A stretch of 64,000 nt of DNA. Origin: Candidatus Moraniibacteriota bacterium. GTDB lineage: Bacteria; Patescibacteriota; Minisyncoccia; Moranbacterales; UBA1568. Shown piece after piece: positions 39,323 to 49,587 of the stretch. The stretch spans positions 3,448 to 67,447 of the forward strand of contig JAAXTX010000003.1 of the NCBI GenBank assembly GCA_013336285.1. Direction: 5' to 3'. The notes beneath the pieces are model-generated. The model did not search any database. It was not told the origin of the DNA and saw only the letters and a program-made list of their open reading frames with translations. The translations under genes were made by a program, and so were the position numbers. Positions within the stretch are counted from its first letter, which is position 1. The number at the start of each line of letters is the position of its first letter.

Positions 39323-40654
39323 CTACGGCGCTAGCCGCTTCACGTCGCGCGGATACAGCACGGCTTCCTTAATACTCCCCAAGGTGAGCATTTTCTGTAC
39401 GATTCGTTCGGAACCGAGCCCCCACCCCCCGTGCGGCGGTGCGCCGTACCTGAATATGTCGATATAATCGGAAAAATCCGACGGGTCGAGGCCGAACTTC
39501 CTTATATTTCCGGTTAGCATTTCGGCATCGTGAATTCTCTGACCACCCGAAGCGATCTCCACGCCCCTGAAAAGAAGATCGAACGTCTCGGTCGTCAAGG
39601 CATCGTCCGGACTCGGCATGCTGTAGAACGGTCGGAGACTCGTCGGATAATGCGTCAGGAACACGAGATCGGATCCATATTCCTTTTTCACATATTCGCA
39701 GATCATACGCTCCCCTTCGCTGTCGATGTCGTGGTTCTCCAATTCCTTCCCGTATTCCTTTCGAAGAATGTCCTCGGCGTCAGATAAACGGATACGCGGA
39801 ATCTCGACATCTCCCGGAACAGCTTCGCCATAGAGCGACAATTCCGCCTCGCATGATATCCCCACATTCCGGAAAATGTGCTTCATCGTCCGTTCTAGCT
39901 CGTCCATGACGTCCGTGACACCGTCGATGAATCCCATTTCCGCATCGAGTCCCGTGTACTCGTTCACATGTCGGGTCGTGAAATGAGGCTCGGCTCGGAA
40001 CACAGTCCCGATTTCGAACACGCGCTCGAACGCACTCATACCGGCCTGCTTGTAGAACTGCGGACTCTGTGCGAGAAACGCGTCTCGGTCGAAGTATTTG
40101 ATCTTGAAGAAATTCGCTCCGCCCTCGGTTGCCGAACCAAGAATCTTGGGGGTTTTGATTTCGACGAACTCCCCCGCGCGCATCGCCTCGTCGTACGAAC
40201 GTAGCACCTCGGAGTAGATTGAAAAAACCGCGCGAACCTTCACGTTGCGCAAGGCAATCGTCCGATTATTGAGCAGCGTGTCGAGATTGACCCCGAGATC
40301 CGTCTGTGACACGTCGATCGGAAGCTCCGTTTCCGGTTTCGCGATGATTCGAAGCTCCACGACTTCTATCTCCACTCCGCCGGTTTTCACGGCATCGTTT
40401 TGCATCTTCGCTGGTCGCTCCTTCACCAGGCCGTCAACCTCGATCAGGAATTCACTCCGGACATCCTTCGCCGCCTCGATCGCTCCAGGATTATCAGGAA
40501 GTATGATCAACTGAACCTCTCCGGTCCGATCCCGCAAATCGATAAAGACCAGTTTCCCGTGATCGCGACGTATATCCACCCAGCCTTGCAACCGGACCGT
40601 CTCGCCCATGCAATCAGGAGTCTCCCGTATCAGTGTCCGCTTCTTGGATTCCAT
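39323..40654 (-). CDS. Aspartyl/asparaginyl-tRNA synthetase, class IIb, archaeal/eukaryal-type, about 440 aa.
   Basis: N-terminal OB-fold region, motif 2 FEIGTVFRAE and motif 3 GAPPHGGWGLGSERIV. Confidence 0.8.
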   Translation of the reverse strand: MESKKRTLIRETPDCMGETVRLQGWVDIRRDHGKLVFIDLRDRTGEVQLIILPDNPGAIEAAKDVRSEFLIEVDGLVKERPAKMQNDAVKTGGVEIEVVELRIIAKPETELPIDVSQTDLGVNLDTLLNNRTIALRNVKVRAVFSIYSEVLRSYDEAMRAGEFVEIKTPKILGSATEGGANFFKIKYFDRDAFLAQSPQFYKQAGMSAFERVFEIGTVFRAEPHFTTRHVNEYTGLDAEMGFIDGVTDVMDELERTMKHIFRNVGISCEAELSLYGEAVPGDVEIPRIRLSDAEDILRKEYGKELENHDIDSEGERMICEYVKKEYGSDLVFLTHYPTSLRPFYSMPSPDDALTTETFDLLFRGVEIASGGQRIHDAEMLTGNIRKFGLDPSDFSDYIDIFRYGAPPHGGWGLGSERIVQKMLTLGSIKEAVLYPRDVKRLAP

Positions 40655-40663
40655 ATTCCTTTA

Positions 40664-41503
40664 TTATTCGCTCTTATCGGCACTTTTCTTTCGGTCATCC
40701 AGAAATTCGCTTACCGCCCGGGCAAGTTCGCTCGGAGTTATCTCGGTCTTCAGATAGATACGATCGATACCCGGTTCTTCGGCGATTTCCCGTATCCGAT
40801 CCTCATCGACCGAGGCCGAAAGGAGGAATATCGGCACGTCTTTCCGATCCTCAATACCATGAAGACGACTCACGATTTCCTGACCGTCGATACCCGGCAT
40901 CATGATATCGGAAATGATAAGGTCGAAGAGAGTCTCGGTCGCGGCGCTGAGTCCGGCCGAGCCGTTCTTCTCGAAAGTGACATCGTAACCTTCTTCCCGA
41001 AGGCGTCTGCCGAACATCTCGATGAAGACCTCCTCATCTTCGATAAACAGTATCTTTCCGCGACCTTGTTGGGCGGTTTCAGCGGAATCGGCATCTCGAA
41101 TCCCCTTGTTCCGTTTCCGTTCCTCGAATTGCCGAAGGAACCGCTTGATTTCTTCCACGACCTCAGACGGCGAGAATTCTGTCTTGGAAATGAAACCGTC
41201 AGCTCCGAGCTTGAGACATTCTTCCCTGTCCTCGTTGCTGCTGAGATTGCTGAAAACGACGATCCTGAGATCCTGATCGTATTCCGGATTTGTCCGGAGT
41301 TCTTTCAATACCTCCTTACCGCTCATTTCAGGTATGACAAGATCAAGCAGGATGAGATCGAACGAATTCTCTTTCACCGCCTTAAGTACCGCCTTCCCGG
41401 TAGTGACGTTCAAGGCATCCAATCCGGATGTCTCGAACTTTTTCTTGTAGATTTCAGCTATGAACAGATCGTCCTCGACGAACAATATTTTCGGCATACA
41501 CAA
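40664..41503 (-). CDS. Response regulator with two tandem receiver (REC) domains and no output domain.
   Basis: KILFVEDD...DLILLDLVIPEMSG and KILFIEDEE...DLIISDIMMPGIDG. Confidence 0.75.
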   Translation of the reverse strand: MCMPKILFVEDDLFIAEIYKKKFETSGLDALNVTTGKAVLKAVKENSFDLILLDLVIPEMSGKEVLKELRTNPEYDQDLRIVVFSNLSSNEDREECLKLGADGFISKTEFSPSEVVEEIKRFLRQFEERKRNKGIRDADSAETAQQGRGKILFIEDEEVFIEMFGRRLREEGYDVTFEKNGSAGLSAATETLFDLIISDIMMPGIDGQEIVSRLHGIEDRKDVPIFLLSASVDEDRIREIAEEPGIDRIYLKTEITPSELARAVSEFLDDRKKSADKSE

Positions 41504-41592
41504 TAAAGAGAGGATGAAAAACGACGTCTCAACTATACCCTGTAAATTCGCTCAAGGCAAGAAAAAAGACGGGTGAAACGATCAGGAGCTAC

Positions 41593-43308
41593 CTATCTCA
41601 TCGCACGGTCGTTTACCAATTTTGGATTCCGGAAAGGAAGTTCGATGATGAATCGTGACCCCTTTTTGAAACCGTCCGATTCGGCCCAAATGCGTCCGCC
41701 ATGAGCCTCTACGAAGTTCTTGCCGACATAGAGGCCAAGACCTGTCCCCGCGACGGAAACCTTTGTGGATTCCTCGCTTCGGACGAACTTCCGGAACAGG
41801 TTTTCCCGCTCGTCCTCACGTATACCGATACCCGTATCGCTCACGATGACCCGTGCCACGGACGAATTCGACTCGACAGAAACGGTTACGCCGCCCTTCT
41901 GTGTATATTTAATCGCGTTGTCGATAAGGTTCGCCACCGCCTCGCGAATCCTGGCGGCATCCAGATTGAGTTCCGACAACGGCTTCCTCGGAAGATGTAT
42001 GTCGAGTTCGAGACCATGATCCTTGGCAAGCGGAAGAAACATGTCCGTCACGTCCTTCACGAGAGTTTCCAAACGCACCGGCTCGAAACGGTACTGCACG
42101 CGCCCCGTCTCGATACGCGACACGTTCAGCAGATCCTCTACGAGTTTGATCAGGTTTCCGTTTGCGGCATTTATCTTCTCGAGCACATCGTGGACCTCGG
42201 CAGACACCGGGCCGTACGAACCCTCAAGCACGAGCGAGAGGTATCCCTTGATCGCCGTCAGCGGCGTGCGTAACTGGTGCGAGGCGATGGAAATGAACTC
42301 CGACTTCGTATTGTCAAGTTCCTTCAGCCGTTCGTTCGCCATCGCAAGGGAGTTTGAAATCTTCTGTAGCTGGTCTTTCCGTACTATTTCCTTTCTTACG
42401 GAGTTGATCAGTATCCACCCGAAAAATGCCGATGCGACAAGCGTCAATCCGGTCAGAACCTTGTTCGTCGTATTCTGGATAAAGAAGAATTGGGAGGCGA
42501 TAAGCGCCACCAGAGCCACTACCAAAGCCTGGGCAGCCAGTAGCTTTATATTGAAAGCCTCGTAACGGACGATCAGATAAGCGAGAAAGCCCGTAAAGAC
42601 CGGCATTCCGAAAAGACCATACTGCAAGATTTTCCAATTATCCGGATTTTCAGGATTGACGATGGCAGCCAGACTTCCGGCAATATTTACGCCCGAAAAC
42701 GATACGAGAAAAAGAAGAATGCCGATTGAAAAAAGCACGATTTGTTCTCTATTCCCCCTTTTCACCTGTACAACTTTCTTTATCAGATATGCCAAAGTCA
42801 CCGTAAAGAAGAGGATTTCAAGCACATAAAAATAATTCACCATCACCCCCTGTTCCGCTTCACATGAAACCGTATTGAATCCGGCTATGTTAAAGGCGGT
42901 GGGAAGTAAGACCACGTACGGAAGGAACAAGGATGAAAATAGGATCTTCACCTTGAAGGAAATGTCCTTCTTTTCTATAAAAACAAAGGCAAAATATGCC
43001 GTCAGAACCGTCACCAAATTTTCCGTCAGGTTTATTATGGACCAGAAAAAAATGGTAGCCCGACTATCGACGCTTGTCCATAAAAAAATATCGAACAGCG
43101 ACCAAAAGGAGAACAACACGGAAATAAGAAAAAAAAGCTGACTCGCGCGATTCCTTCGGCTGTGAAAAAAAATAAAAAAACCGAACAGAAACGACACCAG
43201 GGCCGTCGGTATATGAGAATAGTAGATGAAATTCAAATAATTCAGGTCTTTATTTGCTTGCAATATCATCGTACAACTCTGTAAGTAAGTGACGAGGTTG
43301 AACTCCAT
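41593..43308 (-). CDS. Sensor histidine kinase with a polytopic (about 8 TM) N-terminal sensor region.
   Basis: H-box SIASHQLRTPL, and N/G1/G2 boxes (NLIDNAIKYT, DTGIGI, GTGLGL). Confidence 0.8.
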   Translation of the reverse strand: MEFNLVTYLQSCTMILQANKDLNYLNFIYYSHIPTALVSFLFGFFIFFHSRRNRASQLFFLISVLFSFWSLFDIFLWTSVDSRATIFFWSIINLTENLVTVLTAYFAFVFIEKKDISFKVKILFSSLFLPYVVLLPTAFNIAGFNTVSCEAEQGVMVNYFYVLEILFFTVTLAYLIKKVVQVKRGNREQIVLFSIGILLFLVSFSGVNIAGSLAAIVNPENPDNWKILQYGLFGMPVFTGFLAYLIVRYEAFNIKLLAAQALVVALVALIASQFFFIQNTTNKVLTGLTLVASAFFGWILINSVRKEIVRKDQLQKISNSLAMANERLKELDNTKSEFISIASHQLRTPLTAIKGYLSLVLEGSYGPVSAEVHDVLEKINAANGNLIKLVEDLLNVSRIETGRVQYRFEPVRLETLVKDVTDMFLPLAKDHGLELDIHLPRKPLSELNLDAARIREAVANLIDNAIKYTQKGGVTVSVESNSSVARVIVSDTGIGIREDERENLFRKFVRSEESTKVSVAGTGLGLYVGKNFVEAHGGRIWAESDGFKKGSRFIIELPFRNPKLVNDRAMR

Positions 43309-43318
43309 ACTCTTGTTT

Positions 43319-44158
43319 TCAGTTTGTCTTCGTATGTATTATATCATTTATCCTATTTTCTACTATCTCTGGATAATATCTCCAATATACGTCCTCTTCC
43401 GATTCCGAAGGAACCAGACGGACAATCAATGGTTTCAGACCGACTGATTCAACGATATTCTTAAATGCCGGCAATAATATATCCGAGGTAAGGCAACCAT
43501 AAGCTTCTTTGAGGAGATAATTTTCAAACAGGATACCGTGGCAAACGAACAGGGTGATGTAGTAAGAATAGTACTTGCTCGCAATACCGCCGTTCCTTTC
43601 GTAATTTCCGGATATGTCACATGTATCAATGGACGGAATGATCATCTCACGAACGCGATCATGAAAATCAATGAATCCCTCCCCCCACAATGTCCGTATA
43701 TCAATCAAGAACTTACCGTCGAACCTATCTATGTCTATCGCCTTTAGCGAACTTAACTTTCTCCCGCCGTTTTTGCCGATGCCATTTAAAAAATACATTT
43801 TCGCGAGATAGTATTTGTCCTCATTCTTCGTGACGAATTTATCATTATTGTATTTGAAAAAAGCTGGCCGTATCCCAATATCTTTTGTCATTTCGACGAA
43901 ATGCAAGGTCTCGAAATTCGGACTCGGAATCTGTCTTGACAGGATAGCCCTCGGGGCTTCCCTCATCACATCCGGAATATCCCCACCAAGCAGCCCGATA
44001 ACCCTTTCACGCAATTGTTTATCGTTCCATCTCCTCCATATCTCTTCCTTCGCCTCTTCAAGGGGCGTATATATCTCGTCCAGCTCATTTCTCAACTCTC
44101 GCTCCCTGGTATCATGCATATCCGTTGTATAAGAGTGATCGCGAAAATCAAACGCCAT
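43319..44158 (-). CDS. Hypothetical protein (279 aa from the Met that overlaps the upstream stop as TAATG).
   Basis: ORF upstream of the histidine kinase in the same orientation. No motif recognised. Confidence 0.35.
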   Translation of the reverse strand: MAFDFRDHSYTTDMHDTRERELRNELDEIYTPLEEAKEEIWRRWNDKQLRERVIGLLGGDIPDVMREAPRAILSRQIPSPNFETLHFVEMTKDIGIRPAFFKYNNDKFVTKNEDKYYLAKMYFLNGIGKNGGRKLSSLKAIDIDRFDGKFLIDIRTLWGEGFIDFHDRVREMIIPSIDTCDISGNYERNGGIASKYYSYYITLFVCHGILFENYLLKEAYGCLTSDILLPAFKNIVESVGLKPLIVRLVPSESEEDVYWRYYPEIVENRINDIIHTKTN

Positions 44159-45165
44159 TACGAAGTCATGATAAAAACACCGAAGGCCATAATGACCGTG
44201 GCAAGCGCCTTCATCCATATTCCCTTTGTCTGTTCCGAATATATCCTGCGAAACATTTCCGCTTTTCCTACAAAAACGAACCTCGAACCGGCTACGATTA
44301 TCAGGCTATACAGCATGATGAACACCGGACCGAAGGTCTCGATAACGGCCACATAGGAAACTGACGGTGCAGTTCCTATGGCCCGCTGCAATGCCAGGTT
44401 TCCGAGGAAATACAGACCCTCGCCGAGGAAAAACACCTTATAATATTTCCGGATGGTTGAAAAAGGATTTCTCATCGAATAAAAAGAGAATAGCAGCCCC
44501 CCACTGAACGCACCGAGGCTGAAAAACAGGAATCCCATCCAGAATCCCTTTTCCCCATACGTATCCGCAAGCAGGCCGTAGGCACGATTCTCGATTATCA
44601 TACTGAGCGACAAGAAAAGGACGGCTCCGAGCATGATAGAAAAATATTTTCCTGAGAACCGCTTCCTCAGGTATGAACTGCCGGAAAGTACCGCCGCGCC
44701 CGACAACGTGACGGCCATCCCGACATATCCCATAAGGGGTAAGGTCTCACGGAACATCAGGAAGGAAAGAATCGGAACCGTTACGACCGAGAAGTTCGCG
44801 ACCAACTGAAGGAACGGTGCGTCGTTATAACTGAAAAGCGCTTTGAAGTAGAAATAAATACCGAGCGCGTATACGACTCCGCCCGCGAGAGAGAGAATAA
44901 AAACGGCATTCAGACCTAATACTTGGCCGAGAACACCGGTCTGAAAAAAATCCGTCGGCTTGAGTCCAACGAGAAAGATGAGAAACGGCCATGGAACGAT
45001 CTGGAACAATCCGGATATGATCGCTCCGTCCAGGGCGTCCTTGTATATACCATCCACGAAATAGACATCGATCACGTTCACCAGCGACCAAAATACCGGC
45101 GCCATGAAAGCGATAAGTAACCAATGGCTCCCGAAAAAAGTTAGGACATCATCCGCGAAATGCAT
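44158..45165 (-). CDS. Integral membrane protein (about 10 TM helices; DMT/EamA-like is possible).
   Basis: Hydrophobicity pattern only. Confidence 0.4.
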   Translation of the reverse strand: MHFADDVLTFFGSHWLLIAFMAPVFWSLVNVIDVYFVDGIYKDALDGAIISGLFQIVPWPFLIFLVGLKPTDFFQTGVLGQVLGLNAVFILSLAGGVVYALGIYFYFKALFSYNDAPFLQLVANFSVVTVPILSFLMFRETLPLMGYVGMAVTLSGAAVLSGSSYLRKRFSGKYFSIMLGAVLFLSLSMIIENRAYGLLADTYGEKGFWMGFLFFSLGAFSGGLLFSFYSMRNPFSTIRKYYKVFFLGEGLYFLGNLALQRAIGTAPSVSYVAVIETFGPVFIMLYSLIIVAGSRFVFVGKAEMFRRIYSEQTKGIWMKALATVIMAFGVFIMTS

Positions 45166-45189
45166 AAGATTGGCTATTCGTAATCCGTA

Positions 45190-45594
45190 TCAACCTATGT
45201 TTTCGGCCGGGTACCGTTTCCCTCGCTTCACGAAATGCTCCTCCACGTCACCGAGACCGAACCGCTCTTTGAAATACGCCGTTATAAAACCGCAATCCAT
45301 GCCGTTGCGACAGGTATAAGCATCCACAGACAGGAATCCCCTCGCTGGAAAGGTATGGATACTGATATGGCTCTCAGCGATTACCACGAATCCGCTCCAT
45401 CCTCCTGGATCCTTCCCGTTATTTCCTGGAGCGAAGTAGACTTCGGGATCGGACAGTTTCGTCATTCCGAGCCGCCCAGGAAGATCGTTCAGGATGCTTA
45501 AGACCAATTCCCTGTCACTCAGTTTCTTAGAATCCCCTCCGTATCCGTCTAACATGAGATGTTCCCCGAAATGACAGGAATCGGACTCTTTCAT
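45190..45594 (-). CDS. speH: S-adenosylmethionine decarboxylase proenzyme, bacterial/archaeal SpeH type.
   Basis: VVIAESHISIHTFPARGF matches the pyruvoyl-site ESH(L/I)S(I/V)HTWPE motif, at 134 aa. Confidence 0.8.
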   Translation of the reverse strand: MKESDSCHFGEHLMLDGYGGDSKKLSDRELVLSILNDLPGRLGMTKLSDPEVYFAPGNNGKDPGGWSGFVVIAESHISIHTFPARGFLSVDAYTCRNGMDCGFITAYFKERFGLGDVEEHFVKRGKRYPAENIG

Positions 45595-45680
45595 ACTCGT
45601 ATAAAAATTCCGAAATTAAATTATAACACGAAACAATACACATGTCAATTTTCGACATGTGGGAAAATCCTCATTCCGAA

Positions 45681-46226
45681 CTAGGAACCTGTCGGGCTCT
45701 CCGTATTGACGAAATCGACCGGAACACCCGATCCGGATACCGCGGGGCCGTCGGCCTCCGGCGTGCAGGGCGTATCGTCGCCACAAACCGGGGCTTCCAA
45801 CGACTCCTCACCGCTGTCAGTCTGAGCTCCCGTTTCCGCCTCGTCTTTCAGGTATTGCTCGGGGTCGTTGCAGGTGTCCCCCTCGGAAACGATCGAGTCA
45901 TCGCAATAAGTCACTTCACAATCCATTCCCATAACACAGTCAAGGGCACGACACCGCGGGTCATTCGGATCGCAGAGCGAGATGATATTCGCCCTTTTCC
46001 TGACATTCTTATAGTAAGTCACCGCCTGTGACTCGTCCGCCGGACATTCGCCGTCCACATCAAGACTGCACGTATGTACGAAACATTTTTCCGAAGCGGG
46101 GTCACAGTCGGCCTGCGCGCTGATGTCATAATCCAACGCGACGTAATATCGCAGATATGTCACAGTCACCGCACCCGCCATCAACAGGAAGAATAACCAA
46201 AACAACACCTTCGATTTATAGTCCAT
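45681..46226 (-). CDS. Cys-rich secreted/membrane-anchored protein (N-terminal TM/signal anchor, about 15 Cys).
   Basis: MDYKSKVLFWLFFLLMAGAVTVTYL anchor, then CDPASEKCFVHTC...CDPNDPRCRALDC... Confidence 0.45.
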   Translation of the reverse strand: MDYKSKVLFWLFFLLMAGAVTVTYLRYYVALDYDISAQADCDPASEKCFVHTCSLDVDGECPADESQAVTYYKNVRKRANIISLCDPNDPRCRALDCVMGMDCEVTYCDDSIVSEGDTCNDPEQYLKDEAETGAQTDSGEESLEAPVCGDDTPCTPEADGPAVSGSGVPVDFVNTESPTGS

Positions 46227-46317
46227 AGCGCATATTCGGATGTTGATCCAAGTATATCACACGAAAGTCCCGTATCAAAAAGAACCGCGTCAGACTTTAT
46301 CCTTCCGAACCCAATAT

Positions 46318-47496
46318 TCATCGACGTCCTGAAGGATTCACCGAAGAAAACGATTCCCTCACGCGCCTTGCGGCAGTGTCCCACGAGAATCGTTTCGCGC
46401 GCTCCGTGCCTTTTTTTGAGAGACAGTCCGCGAGTTTACGATCAAGAAGTACCGCCTCGAGTGCGCGAAAAATCTCGTCGGGACGATGCGGATCAATCAT
46501 CATTCCGGCATCTCCCACGACCTCCGGAAGGGAAGAAGAATTGGAGGCGATGACCGGCGTGCCGCAGGCGAGCGCCTCAAGGGCCGGGAATCCGAACCCC
46601 TCATAGAAAGAAGGGTATACGAAGACGCTCGCGAGATTGTAAAACACGGCCTTATCCGCATCGTCGACGAATCCAGGCATCATGATATTGCCCCCGAACG
46701 GCGAGTGTTCGATCGTTTTCCGGATCCCTTCTTCCTTCCATCCGGATACTCCGGCCAGAACGAGAGTGAGTTTCTCGAGCTTCGGATGACGTGCCCTCTT
46801 CAGAGTCTCGAACGCATGGACGAGCGACTCGATATTCTTACGCGGTTCGAACGCGCCGAGATACAGGATAAAGCGAAACGGAAGATCGTATCGCTCCTGC
46901 ACCGAGAGCATCTTCGGGTCGTTCCGGTCGTATTCGCGGAACCGTTTATCGACACCGCTCGATATGACCGTTATACGATCCTTCAGGATACCATATCGCG
47001 ATATCAGGTCGTCCCTGGTCGATTTCGAAACGGCGAAGACATGATGCGCCCGACGGAACAACCTGTTCGAATCAACGAGAAAGTGCCAGATCCGCTGCTT
47101 CAACGAGAACGTCCCCGGACAGAGCTCGAACGAAAGATCATGTGCGGTAACAAAGAGTCTCGTCTTCCCGGACACGGCACAGAAATTTATATTGGGCATG
47201 AAAAATATATCGGCCCCGCCGACGAGACGATCGAGCTTAGGATACCGAAAATACCACAAAGACAGGTTAAGTAACTTATTCGGAATGCGGAAGCGCAGTA
47301 TCGTAACGTTAGGAAAACCCTCGGCCCAGGTCAGGTCGATTTTCTCGTTTCGCCACTCGTTCAGAAACAACACGAACTCATCCTCCGTATCGATCCGAAA
47401 GAGCGAAGAAAGCAAAGAGACCGCGTATTCTTCAACCCCGCTTCGACGCCCGCTTGCCAGGCACCGAAGATCGACTCCGATCCGCATACGTTTCAC
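46318..47496 (-). CDS. GT4 family glycosyltransferase.
   Basis: EGFGFPALEALACGTPVIASNSSSLPEVVGDAGMMIDP. Confidence 0.75.
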   Translation of the reverse strand: MKRMRIGVDLRCLASGRRSGVEEYAVSLLSSLFRIDTEDEFVLFLNEWRNEKIDLTWAEGFPNVTILRFRIPNKLLNLSLWYFRYPKLDRLVGGADIFFMPNINFCAVSGKTRLFVTAHDLSFELCPGTFSLKQRIWHFLVDSNRLFRRAHHVFAVSKSTRDDLISRYGILKDRITVISSGVDKRFREYDRNDPKMLSVQERYDLPFRFILYLGAFEPRKNIESLVHAFETLKRARHPKLEKLTLVLAGVSGWKEEGIRKTIEHSPFGGNIMMPGFVDDADKAVFYNLASVFVYPSFYEGFGFPALEALACGTPVIASNSSSLPEVVGDAGMMIDPHRPDEIFRALEAVLLDRKLADCLSKKGTERAKRFSWDTAARRVRESFSSVNPSGRR

Positions 47497-47593
47497 TACG
47501 GCAACCCCTCCGGAGACCGCTTCCTTATCGGCGAATTATCCATCGGTAACCGCTTCAAATCCCGTGTCGGACCGCGTAACGGATTTCGGACGG

Positions 47594-48211
47594 TTAGTCG
47601 GTTTTCTTTCCCTGAAAATACCATACCAAAAGCACGGCCCAGAACCCGAAGAACATTCCGAGCGCCGCACCGAACGGAATCATGATCTTTGCCGATATTC
47701 GCGCATCGCGCAAGACGGGCGCATCCGACATGACGACGAACCAGTCGGTGTCGTTCGAAAGCGCGTTCAGTTTCGCCGTCTCGGCATTGAGCATATCGGG
47801 AACGGCACGCGCCATATCGCCAAATCCCGCCCTGTCCCGAGAAAAATACGTCACTGCGATCATCTGTGACGACAGGCGCTTCGCCACGATCGAATCCGCG
47901 ACGGACTGCGATACGACGGCAGTGGAACGGATATCGCTCCGGACGGACGGTGCCGCTAGCCACCGAACCACCGTATCGGCGAACCGCTCATCGGCCTGAA
48001 GCCGATAAAACTGGTCATAGGCATAATCAGAAGTGGTTCGTGTTCCCGACCGGGATACGTTCAGGGTGAGACTCGTCTCGAACCTGGACGGTTGAAACAG
48101 AAATGCGACCAGCGATAAGAAAATGAAACCCGACAAAACCGAGAAAAACAGTTTCCATTGTCGGACAAATATCATGCAAAAGTCTCGAAACTCCATAAAT
48201 TCAGTAAACAT
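47594..48211 (-). CDS. Small Wzz-like polysaccharide co-polymerase / chain-length determinant-like protein (TM helices at both ends).
   Basis: 205 aa with N- and C-terminal TM helices flanking a soluble domain. It lies between two GT4 genes. Confidence 0.35.
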   Translation of the reverse strand: MFTEFMEFRDFCMIFVRQWKLFFSVLSGFIFLSLVAFLFQPSRFETSLTLNVSRSGTRTTSDYAYDQFYRLQADERFADTVVRWLAAPSVRSDIRSTAVVSQSVADSIVAKRLSSQMIAVTYFSRDRAGFGDMARAVPDMLNAETAKLNALSNDTDWFVVMSDAPVLRDARISAKIMIPFGAALGMFFGFWAVLLVWYFQGKKTD

Positions 48212-48224
48212 TCAACAAATAACG

Positions 48225-48313
48225 GCTGACAAATCCCGTACAAACTTTTTGTTTCTTGTTTCCGCTCCCTGTCCGCCGTTATCCGCTTTCTACTATCCGT
48301 TATCTGTTATCTG
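48225..48313 (-). repeat. About 12 degenerate tandem heptamers (GGATAAC-like, RGAYRRC) spanning the 3' end of the GT4 gene and the Wzz-like gene's upstream region.
   Basis: Minus strand reads gataaac|ggatgac|ggatagc|ggacgac|agataac|agataac|ggatagt|agaaagc|ggataac|... Confidence 0.45.
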
Positions 48314-49423
48314 TCGTCCGCTATCCGTCATCCGTTTATCGGCCAGAGCCGTTCCGACATACTCCCTTATTGTCGTCATAAATACCTCCTTGTCAAACGG
48401 GATGGCCTTTTCCCTGATCCGTTCCGGATCGAAGCCGGAATCATCAAACCGCGAGACGGCTTCCATGACCGCCTCCGGGGTCTGCTCATCGAAGAACATT
48501 CCCGACACGCCTTCCTCTATACGTTCCTCGATGTCGCCTCCCCGATATGCGATTACCGGCCGGCCCGACGCGAGCGCCTCCATCGCGACGATACCGAAAT
48601 CCTCTTCCTGTGGAAAGATGAACGCCCGACACTCGGCATAGTGCCGTGATAATTCCCCATCGGGCACCCGACCCAGAAACTCGATGTTCGGGCCCGCCAT
48701 CTTTTTTAGCCGTTTCAGTTCCGGTCCCCGACCGGCGATCTTGAGCGGAATGCCGAGACGGGTGAACGCTTCGACCGCGATATCGAACCGCTTGTACGCG
48801 ATAAGCCGACCGACCATGAGGAAATAATCGCCGCGGGTATCCGAGACATGAAATCTACGCGTATCGACCGGCGGTGGGATGACCCGCGCTTCGCGACCGT
48901 AATACTTCCGGATTCGTCGGGCGACGAATCCGGAGTTCGCCAATATGAGATCCGGGCGATCCGCACTCGCACGATCCCACAGCCGGAGCGGATTCATGAA
49001 AAAAGGCACGATACGACGGATCATTCTCGGGAATCCGAAGTCCTCGGTATATTTTTGGCAGTCGTCCCACGCGTACCGCATCGGCGTATGGATATAGGAG
49101 ATATGCAACGTGTCCGGGCCGGTAAGCACGCCTTTGGCGAAACTCGCCGAATCCGACAACACGACATCGTATCCCGACAGGTCGAACTCTTCGATCGCCC
49201 CGGGCATCAGGAGCGGAAAAATGCGATGCGCCCGCCGGACTCCGGGTATCCGCTGAAGGAACGACGTATGGATTCTGGCATCGTCGAACAGCCCGTGAAC
49301 GGATTCGCGATCATGAATGAGCGTATAGATCGGTGCCTCGGGATAGACTTCGCGGAACGCCTGAAGTACGCCCTCCGCTCCCCCGTACTGCACCAGATAG
49401 TCATGGACCAGGGCGATTTTCAT
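48293..49423 (-). CDS. GT4 family glycosyltransferase.
   Basis: MKIALVHDYLVQYGGAEGV N-terminus and EDFGIVAMEALASGRPVIAYRGG motif. Confidence 0.75.
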   Translation of the reverse strand: MKIALVHDYLVQYGGAEGVLQAFREVYPEAPIYTLIHDRESVHGLFDDARIHTSFLQRIPGVRRAHRIFPLLMPGAIEEFDLSGYDVVLSDSASFAKGVLTGPDTLHISYIHTPMRYAWDDCQKYTEDFGFPRMIRRIVPFFMNPLRLWDRASADRPDLILANSGFVARRIRKYYGREARVIPPPVDTRRFHVSDTRGDYFLMVGRLIAYKRFDIAVEAFTRLGIPLKIAGRGPELKRLKKMAGPNIEFLGRVPDGELSRHYAECRAFIFPQEEDFGIVAMEALASGRPVIAYRGGDIEERIEEGVSGMFFDEQTPEAVMEAVSRFDDSGFDPERIREKAIPFDKEVFMTTIREYVGTALADKRMTDSGRQITDNG

Positions 49424-49587
49424 GGAAAAGGTCGGATGAATCCTATCGGATACAGTATATCAGAAAATAATCATATCGGCCGGTTCAAACAGAATCATTA
49501 CTCTTCGTATTGCATACTATTGACAATTTGAAGAAATGGTGCATCATTATTATAGATTTCTTAATAAACATACAAAAGGATGATGCC

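Noticed and set aside
40400-41506. Long plus-strand ORFs lying opposite real minus-strand genes (also 20004-20732, 54335-55084, 55066-55899, 56280-57398, 59358-60440, 60671-61444).
   Set aside because: These are shadow ORFs. They have Arg/Ser/Pro-rich low-complexity translations and no motifs. The opposite strand carries recognisable genes: the response regulator, GT2, pheT, pheS, the AAA+ ATPase and the vWA protein.
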